In this document: in pieces, positions 41,593 through 53,793 of the stretch
Layout of the letters: the number at the start of each line of letters is the position of its first letter
How positions within the stretch are numbered: position 1 is the first letter of the stretch
NCBI GenBank assembly: GCA_964016885.1
Contig: OZ024752.1
Coordinates: 43,958,001 to 44,022,000 of the forward strand
Direction of reading: 5' to 3'
Length of the DNA stretch: 64,000 nt
From: Eledone cirrhosa
Lineage: Eukaryota
Translations under genes and position numbers: made by a program
The notes under the pieces: generated by a model
Databases searched by the model: none
The model's input: the letters and a program-made list of their open reading frames with translations, nothing else
What the model was told of the DNA's origin: nothing

Positions 41593-41628
<36 letters not shown>

Positions 41629-43255
41629 TATAAATGCAATCTAAAATAAAAAATATCAAACTATAAATCGAGACTAAAATGCAATATTTTATTATAAACA
41701 TATTTGAATCTATTTTGATTTAACAAGTGATTTTATTATTTTTCAGCTTCACTTCTACTAGATAGTTTATTATCATATCTTACATCTCGAGACCGCTACA
41801 ATTGCAAGGCTATCTATTTACATGTGTTAACCACCAACAGTGCTGCCATCTGCTTCTATGAAAGACGTAATTTTCAACCACACAGTTATTTACCTTATTA
41901 TTATTCCATAAATAGCAAACCACATGATGGATATTCTTATGTGCTTTACATAAATGGTGGACAACCTCCGTGGTCAATTTAGTATCCTTTTCAACAGAAA
42001 CAAAACAAATATCTTAATGTCACCATTTTAAATCTGTAGTTTTTTTCTGTATTATCTTTCGTTATCAATTTTTGTATTTTTTTAGTTTGAAATGTTTTCT
42101 TATATTTCTATGTAATTCTACATATAAACATACATCTGATATATATAAATATATTTGTGTATATATATTATCATGTATATATATATTATCATGTATATAT
42201 ATTATCATGTATATATTATCATGTATATATTATCATGTATATATATATTATCATGTATATATATTATCATGTATATATTATCATGTATATATTATCATGT
42301 ATATATTATCATGTATATATTATCATCATCATCATCATCATCATTGTTTTAAATGTCTTCTCTCGTTGTGGTAGTGGTGATGATGATTATGGTGATGTTA
42401 TTGGTGGTGTAGTGGTGGTGGTGGTAGTAATTTTCTATGTAATGGGATATTTGTTAGTCTAACAATACTAAATTATTCCATGTAACCTTCCATCCTGTTG
42501 CTAATCACTCACCTCTCCTTTCTCTTCTCTCAACCATTTCCTTTCTTTCTTCTTTCTACATCTGTCTCTATCAAATTTATTATATCTCCTTTCTTTTTAT
42601 CTTTTCTTTCATCTCCAACTTTAACCCCTACCCCACTCTATTTTACTTCTATCATTTTCCTTCCTCTTTCTTTTCCTCTCCTCTCTAGGAACAGTATCTT
42701 CCTTCTAATTCTACTTCTCTTCCTTTCTGTCATGTTATGTCTCTTCTATTACTTTAAACTGAGCTGGCACTCCTTTCTTCTTTGCTGACTGGATCTGTCA
42801 TGTTATGTCTCTTCTATTACTTTAAACTGAGCTGGCACACCTTTCTTCTTTGCTGACTGGATCTGTCATGTTATGTCTTTTGTATTACTTTAAACTGAGC
42901 TGGCACTCCTTCTTTGCTGACTGGATCTGTCATTTTTTCTCTCTTATATATATTCAAAATGGCTGACTGAATACCCCCCCCCCCGTCCTTTCCTCTTCTC
43001 TCTCTTTCTATTTTATCTTTTATTTCTAACTCTATCTTCTGATAAACGTTAAGACTCTTTTCCTGGTATTTCAAGCATTAAACTAATATATTTCTTCAAT
43101 CTACTGTCATTTGCTTTGTTATTCCTGATTAATTTGTACACACACACACACACACGTGTGTGTGTAGGAAAATAGTCAGGACCCCAATGGCTGAGCTCCA
43201 GCCGTTTCGACAGCTAGATCCGAACAATTCAGATCTAGCTGTCTATGTGTGTGTA

Positions 43256-43315
<60 letters not shown>

Positions 43316-43589
43316 TTATTTTCAAATGTCTACTTTACATGTTGCTAATCAATCTACAACATATACAAGTATATATATGAATGTTTCATTGCAATCCAAC
43401 TTTCCAAGTCAGTATTTCAATTCTCCTTAATACTTTTCCTTCAGTGATTACCTCAGTCAATGTGGAGCATTACTAGCTAAAATCCACCCATGTTTACTTT
43501 CTCAGCAAATCTTACAAGCTGTACAGAAGTGGCTTCGTCGTTTGCTCAGCAGTTCTTCATATGATTCTCAGGAAAACCATGCAAGTTAA
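32379..43589 (+). CDS. NAA60: N-alpha-acetyltransferase 60 (NatF), whole spliced gene (5 coding exons, 238 aa)
   Basis: Exons 32379-32488, 39263-39392, 39932-40028, 41747-41981, 43445-43589 join in phase (717 nt). Motifs WFPIEYPDSWY, VAYILSLGVVDEFRRHGIA (acetyl-CoA binding), CKAIYLHVLTTN, LPYYYSI, YVLYINGGQPPW match NAA60. Confidence 0.97.
32555..32687. mobile_element. piggyBac-type MITE, 5'-truncated copy
   Basis: Matches right half of 66-271 including TAAATGCTAAAGGGTTAA. Confidence 0.75.
33393..33575 (+). mobile_element. Headless RTE-tailed SINE-like repeat
   Basis: Same core and tail as 2710-2960. Confidence 0.65.
34226..34508. mobile_element. Tc1/pogo (Tigger-like) MITE
   Basis: TA TSD, TIRs CAGTGGAACC...GGTTCCACTG. 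Confidence 0.8.
37090..37358. mobile_element. hAT-type MITE
   Basis: Perfect 8-bp TSD GCTGGATA (37082-37089, 37359-37366); imperfect TIRs CAGAGCCTTAACTA / TAGTTATGGCTTTG. Confidence 0.85.
39263..39392 (+). CDS. NAA60: NAA60 coding exon 2
   Basis: YPDSWYQDITSNAKFYSLAATYYSRIIGLIVAEVKSKTKLNRE; pyrimidine tract-CAG acceptor, GTGAGT donor. Confidence 0.96.
39932..40028 (+). CDS. NAA60: NAA60 coding exon 3
   Basis: DADILATHYPSSCQVAYILSLGVVDEFRRHGI; donor GTAAGT. Confidence 0.96.
40345..40625 (+). mobile_element. CR1-like LINE 3' fragment
   Basis: FFPLEVAEAWKKQPASVVSCWDTASFK resembles the CR1 ORF2 C-terminus (FF.RV..WN.LP..VV....SFK); (ATT)n tail. Confidence 0.7.
40626..41593 (+). mobile_element. 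L1/Tx1-clade LINE 3' fragment (related subfamily) in NAA60 intron
   Basis: CPRCAQGDETVLHALVQC...MAKEIVWWTRLKG; ends AATAAAGAAA plus (ATT)n. Confidence 0.9.
41747..41981 (+). CDS. NAA60: NAA60 coding exon 4
   Basis: ASLLLDSLLSYLTSRDRYNCKAIYLHVLTTNSAAICFYERRNFQPHSYLPYYYSINSKPHDGYSYVLYINGGQPPWSI; followed by U12 donor GTATCCTTT. Confidence 0.96.
42160..42345. repeat. TATATTATCATGTA-type minisatellite grading into (CAT)n
   Basis: Directly visible. Confidence 0.9.
42728..42933. repeat. Tandem triplication, ~67-69 bp unit
   Basis: CTGTCATGTTATGTCT..TATTACTTTAAACTGAGCTGGCAC...GCTGACTGGAT x3. Confidence 0.9.
43445..43589 (+). CDS. NAA60: NAA60 coding exon 5 (C-terminal amphipathic membrane anchor)
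   Basis: (Y)DYLSQCGALLAKIHPCLLSQQILQAVQKWLRRLLSSSSYDSQENHAS*, aligns by eye to human DYIQHLGSALASLSPC... Confidence 0.92.
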
Positions 43590-44153
43590 CTATCAACCAG
43601 TATTTTAGTGTTTCTTTGTTTTTTTTTCTTCATTTATTGCCAAAGATCAAGTGTTGTGCTTTTCTTCTCAGTTTTGTTGCACATATTCAATTGTTGTTGT
43701 TTTTGTTTTTGTCTTTTTTTTTGTTGCTATTTATTTTTTAAACACTCTTGAAAACAATTCACATTAAGTTTATTTATATTTATTTATTTTTAAATATTTG
43801 GAATCATTCATTTCAAATTTGTTGGCAGCACACCTGAGGTTTTTTTTTTATACTATAAACAAAAAAGTTTGTTTTTCCAGTTCTATAAATCTGTAAAATT
43901 TCTATAAAAGTTAAATATAGAATTTTTACTCTAAAATAAGGATTTTATCTCCACATTATCAAATATTAAAAATATATTATTATTTATTAAATAGGAAAAA
44001 CTATAATAAAAATAACTGTTTTATATTTTCTGTTGCCAACTGCTACTTTTTTTGTTTTTCCTATCAAACCTGTTATCACCATCGATTTCTTTATTTCATA
44101 GAATTTTAATCTTATTTACAAATATATTTATTTAACTATATTTGTTGTTAGAG

Positions 44154-44427
44154 TTAACCCTTTAGCATTTACATTACTCTATATTTACTATTATATAAAG
44201 GCTTTATCTCACATAATATCTCACAAAACATTTACATTATATATACTATTATATTTTCACAGTAAACGCTTTATCTCACATAATATTGAATCTATGAGAT
44301 TTTGATAGTATTTATTTTGAGAACAATACCTTAACATAAGTACGAGTGGCAGGTTGCAGTCGGTTTGAACAGAAAGAGGTGAGAGAATTCTGGCCGGATA
44401 TGTCTGGTTTAAATGCTAAAGGGTTAA
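44154..44427. mobile_element. piggyBac-type MITE with internal duplication, downstream of the NAA60 stop
   Basis: Perfect TTAA-CCCTTTAGCATTTA TIRs; left ~60 bp duplicated. Confidence 0.85.
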
Positions 44428-46524
44428 AGATACTATCAAAGTTATATTTGACCATTATGTTGTTTGTGTGAGACTCAAGTCCGCCCCTGATAAAAAAAAA
44501 CCTGTATTCCTTTACATCTTTGTATTTGTGTTACAATTTTTATGCTGTTTGCTCACATTTTTTCACTGGGGAAAATTATTGCATATTTATATCAACTTAA
44601 AAATAAATATGGAAGAAATATTGAAAGAACCTGGGAGAATTGATCTCTCTGTGAAAAATAGAAAATATATTTTTAAAATAAACTATAACTGAAAATTATG
44701 GGGAAACAAAGAAGAGAAGTGATAAAAATTCATTCTGAAATATTCAGTGTTTTAAATTCCTGAACTATGTTGTTTTCTGGGTTGTTCTTTTTATTAGGTT
44801 TTATATAAAAATGGCCGCCATAAGTTTAAAAACATTTAACAGATTCTAGAAATTTGTATAATTCTGTGAGTTAAACGAACAAACCAAACTTGTATTATTT
44901 AATTATTGTTTTATTATTTATTCGACAAAAGACCTGTTAATGTTGAAATAGCTTTTTTTTATAAAAAAAATTCAATGTGCTTTAATTTTTATTCTGCATA
45001 TAGGATTCTGGTGACCATGTATTTAGACATTTTATTAACGTAAACAACAGTTTTTATTATTTATTGATCAAAATATATTTACTGTGATATTCTTTTCTCT
45101 CAAAACCTTTGCAATATCTATATGGCATTTATTCAGTCACACACTGGCAATGAGAAATAGGAATTTGTTCCTAAGATTCTTTGATCATAGTTAGAAAATT
45201 GTTGAGATTTGATGGTTACTAAGCTTTGATGTGAGGATCAACTTCATTCCAAGATATCCTTGATTGGATTGAGATCAGAGATTGAGTAGGTGAAGACATT
45301 GGCCAAATTTATTTGATTAATGTATGGTGTTTTGGAGGTACTTGTCATGCACCAAGATCCATTTGAACAAAAAATAGTGATTGGAATCGGCTAAAAGAAC
45401 ATCTCTGAAGATGTCTTTGTACATTTCTTGATCCATGATAATGTGATGGATAGGATGAGAAACTTGAGCTGAGAAATCTTATCAAACCATGACACTATCT
45501 TTGCCTCCTTTTACATGGTATGCTGGAAACATGAACAGGAAGATGACTCATATTCACCCTATCATCAGATCCAAGCCAGTTCAACTTGGATTTGCCCGTC
45601 CACTCCACCCAGCAAGGTCCAATCTATACAGGCCCTAGGGGGGTTCAAGATGTAATTTCGGGTTCTTCATGGAAATAAATGGCTTTTTTGTGAGCTATGC
45701 ACTGTTTAGTCTGAATTGCTTAAATAATCTGTCAACAGATGTAACTGATATTAAATAATCTGCCAACAGATGTAACCTATAGTCTCAATCTGTTGTATAT
45801 GCCCTGATTCTGTCTGGTGTAAACTACAATCATTCAATGATTGGTTTCTGATAGTCTGTCAATGTGTTTGTTTTTTTGTTTGGTGTGCCACTTCTAGACA
45901 AGACCCTGTAACCAACAACCTATTCATGTAGCTGAACAATATATATACTTGCCTTGTAGGTGATAAACTAAATTGTTACAGTGCCACGCCCAATCCTATC
46001 AATCATACTATTGACTCATCTGAAATCTTGAATTTGAACAAATTTTTTAATTTTTTTGTGGTTCTAAACTTATAGATTTGAAAAATGTTAAACCACAGAA
46101 AACTTCTAAGAAAATTAAGATATTATCAAACAAATTTTTATCATCAATTTTTAAGAACTATTCCATTTATTTAGATTATTATTAATTATTATATGCTGAC
46201 TTTAAATTTTATTTGAAAACCTAAAAAAGAAAATGAAAACTTAAAAGATCTGCTCAATGGCCACTGTATATGTTACGACACCCGATGTTTGGGAAGTCTG
46301 TGATGGTCTTTCAACCTTATCTAAACAATTCCATCCATGATTCATGGTTAGTGTAGAAAACTTGGATTAATAAATTTAAGTTACCCTCACATTAGGAAGA
46401 AATTCAAGCAGTGTATAAAGAATTACTCTCAATATAATTTTAGAGGAACAGCAGTGGGCTGAAGATAAACTTTTAGCTAATCATATCTGCAATTCTCTTT
46501 TAATCTTTGGTTGTAGTAATAATA

Positions 46525-46939
46525 ATGGTTTCTAATTTAATCCCAAAGTCTGCAATGTTGTGGGGAGATGGGAAAGTCAAATAAACTAACCCCGTTACTT
46601 AACTCAGACTTTATTTTGTTGTCTCTGAAAGGTTGAAAGCAGAGTTGACCTTGGCAAAATTGCACTCAGAATGTAAAGAGCTCTAAATATTGCAAATATT
46701 TTGTTTGATGCCCTAAAAATTCTACAAATTCAACAAATAACTTTCTATTTTAGACACAAGGTCAACAATTTTGTGGGGAAGGGATAAGTTGATTATAATG
46801 ACCCCAGTACATTACTGGTACTTTATTTTATAGACCCTGGAAGGATGAAAGGCAAAGTTGAGCTGAATGAGATTGGAAACCAGAAGGTAAAGGGCCATAA
46901 TGAAATACTGCAATACATTTCATGTGACACACTAATGAT
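46525..46939 (-). mobile_element. Two tandem SINE family B copies (the second interrupted by a hAT MITE)
   Basis: Two successive copies of the family B core; head resumes after 47329. Confidence 0.65.
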
Positions 46940-47328
46940 CAGGCTCATTATCAAAGGGGTTCACTGTAGGGCACTTGATGGTACTGGGGGGCACTGGATG
47001 ACACTTGAGGGCACTTGATGGTACTGGGGGGCACTTGAGGGTACTGGGGCGCACTACAGGACACCTGATGGCACGGGGGGGGGGGGGGGGGGGGGTACTT
47101 GATGGTACTGGAGGGAACCCGATGGAACTGGGGGCACTTGAGGGCACCCGAAGGCACTGGGGGTACTGGAGGACACTGCACCCATACTCTTCAATGGTGC
47201 ACCCTTAGATTTAGAAAATAGAGTTTATTAGAAAATTTCCTGGAATCTGTTCCTTGCGAAAGAGTCCCCCCCCCCTCCCCATATTCTGAATCTCCCCCCA
47301 TAAGTACCAAAGCCTGTTGATGGCCCTG
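46940..47328. mobile_element. hAT-type MITE containing GC-rich degenerate tandem repeats, inserted into a SINE
   Basis: CAGG...CCTG termini; 8-bp flanks CTAATGAT / TTAACAAT consistent with a CpG-decayed TSD. Confidence 0.6.
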
Positions 47329-48481
47329 TTAACAATTCTGCCAATCTACCATCTTCCCATTCCAACAAACAACAACAACAATACTAAAAGTAAAATGTGG
47401 TTTTATTTTTTGGGGAGGTTACTCTGATTATTTTAAATAATTTATATTTTTCTTTGTGAATGTATTTTTTTTTTGTGTTTTTTTTTATAGCTTTCCAATA
47501 TATTTGTTCATCATTTCTGAAATACAGTAACTTTATTTCTGTTTAAAACAATTCTGGACTACATACCAAAATATAATATTTAGTTTCTCTGTTTTCTGAA
47601 TTCAAGTCCTGCCAAGATCAATTTTATTTTACCTGCTTCTTAGGAGATGGATTTGATAAAATAACCACAAATAATAATAATACATTGGAATGTATATAAG
47701 CAACTTTACCCTCTTCCTCTACAAAAATCAACAACTGTGACTAAACTGAGAAAGCAACATTTTATGTCGGGGTATAAAATTTCATGATTTCCTCTTGTTT
47801 TTTTTTTTTTGGTTTTGTTTTGTTTTGTTTTGTTTTGTTTTTAGTGTGAAATATGAAGTTATTTTTATATTAAACCATAAAACATTTGATTTTTTTATTT
47901 TAATATTTTTTAAATATTTAACTTCTGTGTGTGTATGAGTGTATGCACATATGTATGTATGTATGCATGTATGTGTGTGTGTGCATGCACACACGCATGC
48001 ATGGATGTATGCATGTATCTATGTATGCATGCATCCACGTCTGTATTTATTTATTTATTTATGTATGTGTGCATGCATATATCTATGTATTTATACATTG
48101 TGTGTGTGTGTATATGTGTATGTATATGTATGTGTGTATATGTGTATTACAACGAGATGCGTGTATACCAGTTGGCTCTAACAACACCATGCATCATCTT
48201 TTATTTTTACTGTTTCTATATTTATAGCTTTCTTTCTATTCCTATCTTCAATAAAATATATCTGCAATGTTGTGGATATTTGCAAATAATAATATCCCTA
48301 AAAATCATTATTTCATTGATAAACATTGGAAAGAAATGTTATATTTTGTTCTTCAGCCAATCTACCATACTTATTATTGAATTGATTTTTAAATTATCAA
48401 CATATACCAAAATTATTTTCTTCTAGATTCCCTCTTATATACATACATACACATATATACACATTACACACATATACATAC

Positions 48482-48516
<35 letters not shown>

Positions 48517-48532
48517 TCTCTCATTTTATTAC

Positions 48533-48590
48533 TAGTGAGTTTTGTTACTCTGGAGTTTCACACAAAACTCCAGAGTAACAAGACTCACTA
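48533..48590. other. Near-perfect 58-nt hairpin
   Basis: 26-bp arms TAGTGAGTTTTGTTACTCTGGAGTTT / AAACTCCAGAGTAACAAGACTCACTA around loop CACACA. Confidence 0.9.
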
Positions 48591-49024
48591 TTTAGCCTTA
48601 ATAAAATGATTATGTAAACTCTACTTTCATATTGAGTACTACTTTCTCTCAGTCATTAACCATTAAATTCTAACTCTCTCTTCTTGCCAAAGTCTATATT
48701 TTTCTTGGTGCAATACTTGCTTATATTTTATATATATACATATATATATAATGATATATATATATAAAATGATAATAATAAAAGGATGATTTGTTATGTA
48801 ATCATTACGTTTTTGAGTAGTAACGTGCATTTCGCTATTGATTAGTTCAAGGTTTGATCTGTATCGATCTAGTCCGACTCTGGAATCAAAAGCTTGTCGG
48901 ACCTCTGCTATGGTAATGACAGAATGAACCTGTAGTGCTTAGAAAGGTCTATAATGATACATTCCTAGATATTTATTACATATATATTTATATATATATA
49001 TATATATATACATATATACACACA

Positions 49025-49222
49025 CAGAGGCCGAATTTAGACTTTTGTGGGCCTGGGGCACTTCATGATCAATGCCCCCACAATACACAGATATTCAAAC
49101 ACACAGTGGTCCCCAAATGTAATATCAAAGTCCACTTAGTGCATATAAATGGAATTGACAAGTTATATATAGAAATATCAAATGTAAAAAACTAAATAGT
49201 TACACTTATATGCAACATAGAA

Positions 49223-49253
<31 letters not shown>

Positions 49254-50750
49254 AAAACATTGAATGTTATACATAAATATACTGACAAGATACTGTGATA
49301 GGTTTTAGCAAATGTAGGAAAAGTTTAGGCAAAAACCTACCAAATCCTCCATAGAAATACTAAAACTTTATCTAAACAGTGCAGTAAGTTATACCTACTT
49401 ATAGTTATATCTATCAGTAAAATACCTACTTATAGTTATATGTATCAGTAAAATACCTACTTATAGTTATATGTATCACTAAAATACCTACTTATAGTTA
49501 TATGTATTTAAAATACCTACAAAAAGAATCTTTCTTTCTACACTTGGCATCTGAAAAGTCTTTAATGAACTCATCAAACTGCATCATCTTCAAAACACTT
49601 CCCTCTACATTCAGTAAGAACAGAGCAATTAATCTTTTGTGAGTCATTGTGATTCTCAGGTAAATTTTTTTTAGGGCTAATTTGCTGAATGGCCTCTGAA
49701 AACCTAGTAACTATCTAGCTCAGATATCTTATAAAATCTACATCAACACTTGGAAAGGTACCAACAAGCTTTTCATCATTGGAGTAAAACTGCCCGTTGA
49801 GATGGTGTCAGATATGAACTGAGCTTGGAAAAAGCTGCCTAATGGACAATTTCTTCTATCAACACATCACTAAACTCCCAGCTACAGTTCTTTTCTCTGT
49901 ATCAGGTAAACTAGATAAGTTTAAAGTTGAAACTTATGTACTGATTGCTACCCTGCATTTTTGTCAGGCAACAAACAACTGATCTAAAAGGGCATTGAAA
50001 GTCCAGTTTAAATATTTTCTATTGAGGGAAAAGACAATTTGCTTTGAGATTAATGCCTGCATCTTAATATTAGTTTATTTTTCTTGGTCTTCCTGTTACT
50101 TTATAATTCGTGATGTCGTAGAAGTTGTTGCCATCCAGTTCCTACTCCTCAAATCTATCCTGAAGGGATTTCAGAAACTTTCTTAGATCAACCACTCTAT
50201 TCAGATTAACTTCAACTGCTTGAAAATATTGATTTGTGCTATTGAACTATATAAGAATTAAGTTCCAGAAGTTGGCCATCAGAACAGTTTCAACATATGA
50301 AGCATGAATATGCTCCAGGTGTCTGTCCCAAGTCACTTTCATTATCTCAGAGGTTATTTTAAATGCAGTCATATTCATCTACGAAGGCTTCATTAGTATC
50401 AGTTCTTGCTGACCAATCTGTGCTTGACTCTTTCCTTTCTTTCCTAAGACTTCATTAGATGTATCAACTTGAACAATAAGTTGCATAATTCCCCTCAAAA
50501 AATGTCTAACAGTGTTTAGATCCCATAATCTCTTCACTAATCCTAAACACCAAACAAGAAATATTGTTAAAGCCACAACACAGCCATATTTGAAACCAGT
50601 ATTATTTGTTTTTTTCTAATCCCTGTCAACATGTGAAGATTTCCCAAAATTGAATGAACTTCAGTACAGGTTCTCAGTGACCTTCATGAGTTTTCAGAGT
50701 TGGATCAAGGATTGCTGGTGTCCTGGGCAAATTGAATTTTGATGCCCTTG
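49025..50750 (-). pseudogene. Decayed hAT transposase (C-terminal dimerisation domain recognisable)
   Basis: 49540-49700 minus strand reads RPFSKLALKKIYLRITMTHKRLIALFLLNVE...FDEFIKDFSDAKCRK, matching the hAT motif ERSFSKLKLIKNYLRSTM...RL..L.LL.IE. Confidence 0.7.
49390..49520. repeat. Minisatellite, 31-bp unit x ~4
   Basis: AAAATACCTACTTATAGTTATATGTATCAGT. Confidence 0.88.
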
Positions 50751-51784
50751 CAAGTATATGTAAATATTAATTTTTTTTAATTTGAAAAGAATTATGCATT
50801 TTTCACATGAATAGATGAATCTTAGTACTCCAAACTTGTATAAGGAAGGAAAAAAAGAAAGAACTCACAGACATTATAAATGTTTAAATCTTTGAATGCA
50901 AGTCTTGGTTTGTCCAGAAAGTATGAGTCTTCCAAAAAACATCAACAAAGTAAAAATAAAAATGGAGATGTAAGCTAAAGATAATAATTCAAAGATAACA
51001 TCAACGTTTCAAACCCTTACAAGAGAGAGAGAGGGGTGGTGGAGAGGGAGAGAGAGTTATTTTGAACAGTTGAATAGTAGAATAAATTGGCTGTGTGGAA
51101 GAAGAAATGTCTGGTGTACCCTTTGCCTATCAGAAAATATCTCCCTCCGAAGAAGGGCAATGTCCAAAACATTAAACTTTATCTCTATACTCTCTAATTA
51201 CTGATATGAACCATCTCTACTTTCCTGGTATCCTACTGTTTATTATGTTCAGTGATTAGCAAATTTAATAGATCACTAGTTATGGCTTTAAACCATCACA
51301 AGAATTTTTTTGTTAACATTTTATCGTTTAATAGAGCTCTTTAATCTGCTTGCCTTAATCTGCTTAACTGAAGATAATCTCTGTAAAGATATCCTATTGG
51401 TGAGATGCAGTTTGAAAATAACCAAACATTGAACCAAGTATTGAATTAAATAAAAGACTAACTATGTAATAAACACGTTCTCTTAATATATTTGTATTTC
51501 TAAAATTTAATCAAGAAGTTGAAATTAAAATATCTTTTGTGTGGGAATAATAAATTTATTGCTGATGACTTACAAAAGTGTTGAATGATAGATTAACTGT
51601 TGTTAGCTTAGAAAAGTCTGACTGCAATAAATTATCTTTAATTTAGCGAAACAATAGCTTGGTTTAGCAGTTATACAAAGTAATTTACTCATAAACTCAT
51701 GTAAGTCCAAGTATTATAACATATTCTCTCTAACACACATATTTACACAGATTTACTTTACATAAACACATATAGATTATATTT

Positions 51785-51977
51785 GCTTGCTTGTGTTTCT
51801 TGCTGATGTCTGTGTAGTTGCTTGTGTTTCCTGGTGATCTGTGTAGCTGCTTGTGTTTCTTGCTGATGTCTGTGTAGTTGCTTGTGTTTCCTGGTGATCT
51901 GTGTAGCTGCTTGTGTTTCTTGCTGATGTCTGTGTAGTTGCTTGTGTTTCCTGCTGCTGATCTGTGTAGTTGCTTGT
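51785..51977. repeat. Minisatellite, 60-bp unit x 3 (dimer of ~30-bp subunits)
   Basis: TGCTTGTGTTTCTTGCTGATGTCTGTGTAGTTGCTTGTGTTTCCTGGTGATCTGTGTAGC. Confidence 0.9.
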
Positions 51978-53031
51978 TATGTTTAACATTTGCTCGTCTC
52001 TACATTTATATTGATTTTTATTAATTTCTCCCAATTTATAACCCAGTCTTATTTTTCTACATTGATTAAACTGTGTACTGTTGTTTTCATTTCAGGATTG
52101 ACTCTGATTAATTATAATTAATACTAATCTCACGACTGCCTCTGCAACGAGCGCCTCTACTATCATTGTTATTTTCATCTACATCCTCATCATTATCATC
52201 ATCACCACCATCATAGTTAATATTTGAAAGCAATAACACACATTCCAACCAACTCTCATCACATATGAGCAGCAAGAGAATAAATATAACCACTAAAAAA
52301 ACAGTTGAAGGATCAAATATTCAAGAATTTACAGATTATTACTAAGACATGAGGACAAACCAATGTTTTGTTATGTTCCTTCAGAACTCTGTAAGAACTG
52401 ATTTTCTTCCATCTAAATTTTTCTGATTGTATCTTATTAAGTGGATCAGCTATGGCAAAGCTACAGGTTTGTCAACGCAACTGTGATTTTGACAATGTCA
52501 ATCAATCTGACATGAGGACAACTTGCTTTGACATTATATCGTTTTGTGGAAGAAGAAAAAGAAGAAAAGGAATTTTATTAAAGTATTATGTAGGCTGTTA
52601 AAAAAAAAGTTTTAAAACTCATTCTAACTTCTGTAACTTCTTCTATCCAATGGATTCATTTATTTCAACTCTCATACAAACAGTTTCTTCTTTCTTCTCC
52701 TTTCCTCTTTACCAATTGTTTCTTTTGCTCCTTCATCTTCACTCTCTTTACTTTGTCCCCTGTCATTATGTTTTCTCTGACTTCTTATCTTTATAATAGT
52801 TGTGATATGAACAAATTTTAAAATCCTATTTATTGGTTTTGTTTATAAACATTTTCAATTCTTTTTCTTCTTCAAAATGATTCTCTTCACCAATTTCTCT
52901 TTTTCTCCTGTTTTCTTTATTTTTGTTTTTCTGAACTTCAATTCTTATGAAAGTTGTTAATGTGTTAAAATGATAGTGTTATATGTTACAAAGATATACA
53001 TATAATATATATATATATATATATAATATAT

Positions 53032-53070
<39 letters not shown>

Positions 53071-53113
53071 AAATATATATATGTATATATAATATATATA
53101 TATGTATATATAA

Positions 53114-53150
<37 letters not shown>

Positions 53151-53735
53151 TAAACCTTTCGCTTTCAAGTGGAAATGTTCTTTTTACTTTTAAGAATTGT
53201 TCAAAGAAAATATATTAAAAAATAAAAAAAATTATAAATATGTTTTTTATTTGTTTTTACATATGTTCCACTAATTTTCCTATTTAAGAATTAATTAAAA
53301 TTAAACTGTTATGCTTCAGTCTTTTCATTACATATTTTTCATTGCATTGTATTTAAGTTCTTTGTAATATTGATTAGAACCAAGTTTGATTTTAAATAAC
53401 GTAAAAAAATCATATTTGGTTCCAATCAATATTTTAATGTGAAGAATTAATTGAATGAATTTTTTTCTTGTTTCTTGAATTAAATAGCCAACAAAAAAGT
53501 ACCATAGACAAACATTTAAAAGAATTGACAGAATTTTTTTGTTCTGTATCAATAAGTCTTCATATCTAGAACAAGTAGACAATTTATTGAGAGGAGTTGA
53601 CATTGATTAAATAGTGACAGAATATATAAAGTATACAGCTTAATATAGTGTCAATGGGCAAAATATTGGCCATTTTCAAATTTCCTGCTAAGAAAATATT
53701 CAACATTTCCAATGCTTTGAAATAATATCTGTATC

Positions 53736-53793
53736 TGGCAACTGATGGTCAAAACTATTATATATATATATTAGTTTTGACCATCAGTTACCA
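53736..53793. other. Inverted repeat centred on (TA)n
   Basis: TGGCAACTGATGGTCAAAACTA / TAGTTTTGACCATCAGTTACCA, 21 of 22 complementary. Confidence 0.9.

Larger units (their letters stand above)
41982..43444 (+). other. U12-type (minor spliceosome) GT-AG intron
   Basis: 5' site GTATCCTTT; branch point TTCTCCTTAAT (43421-43431) with the branch adenosines about 14-15 nt from the terminal AG. Confidence 0.92.
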
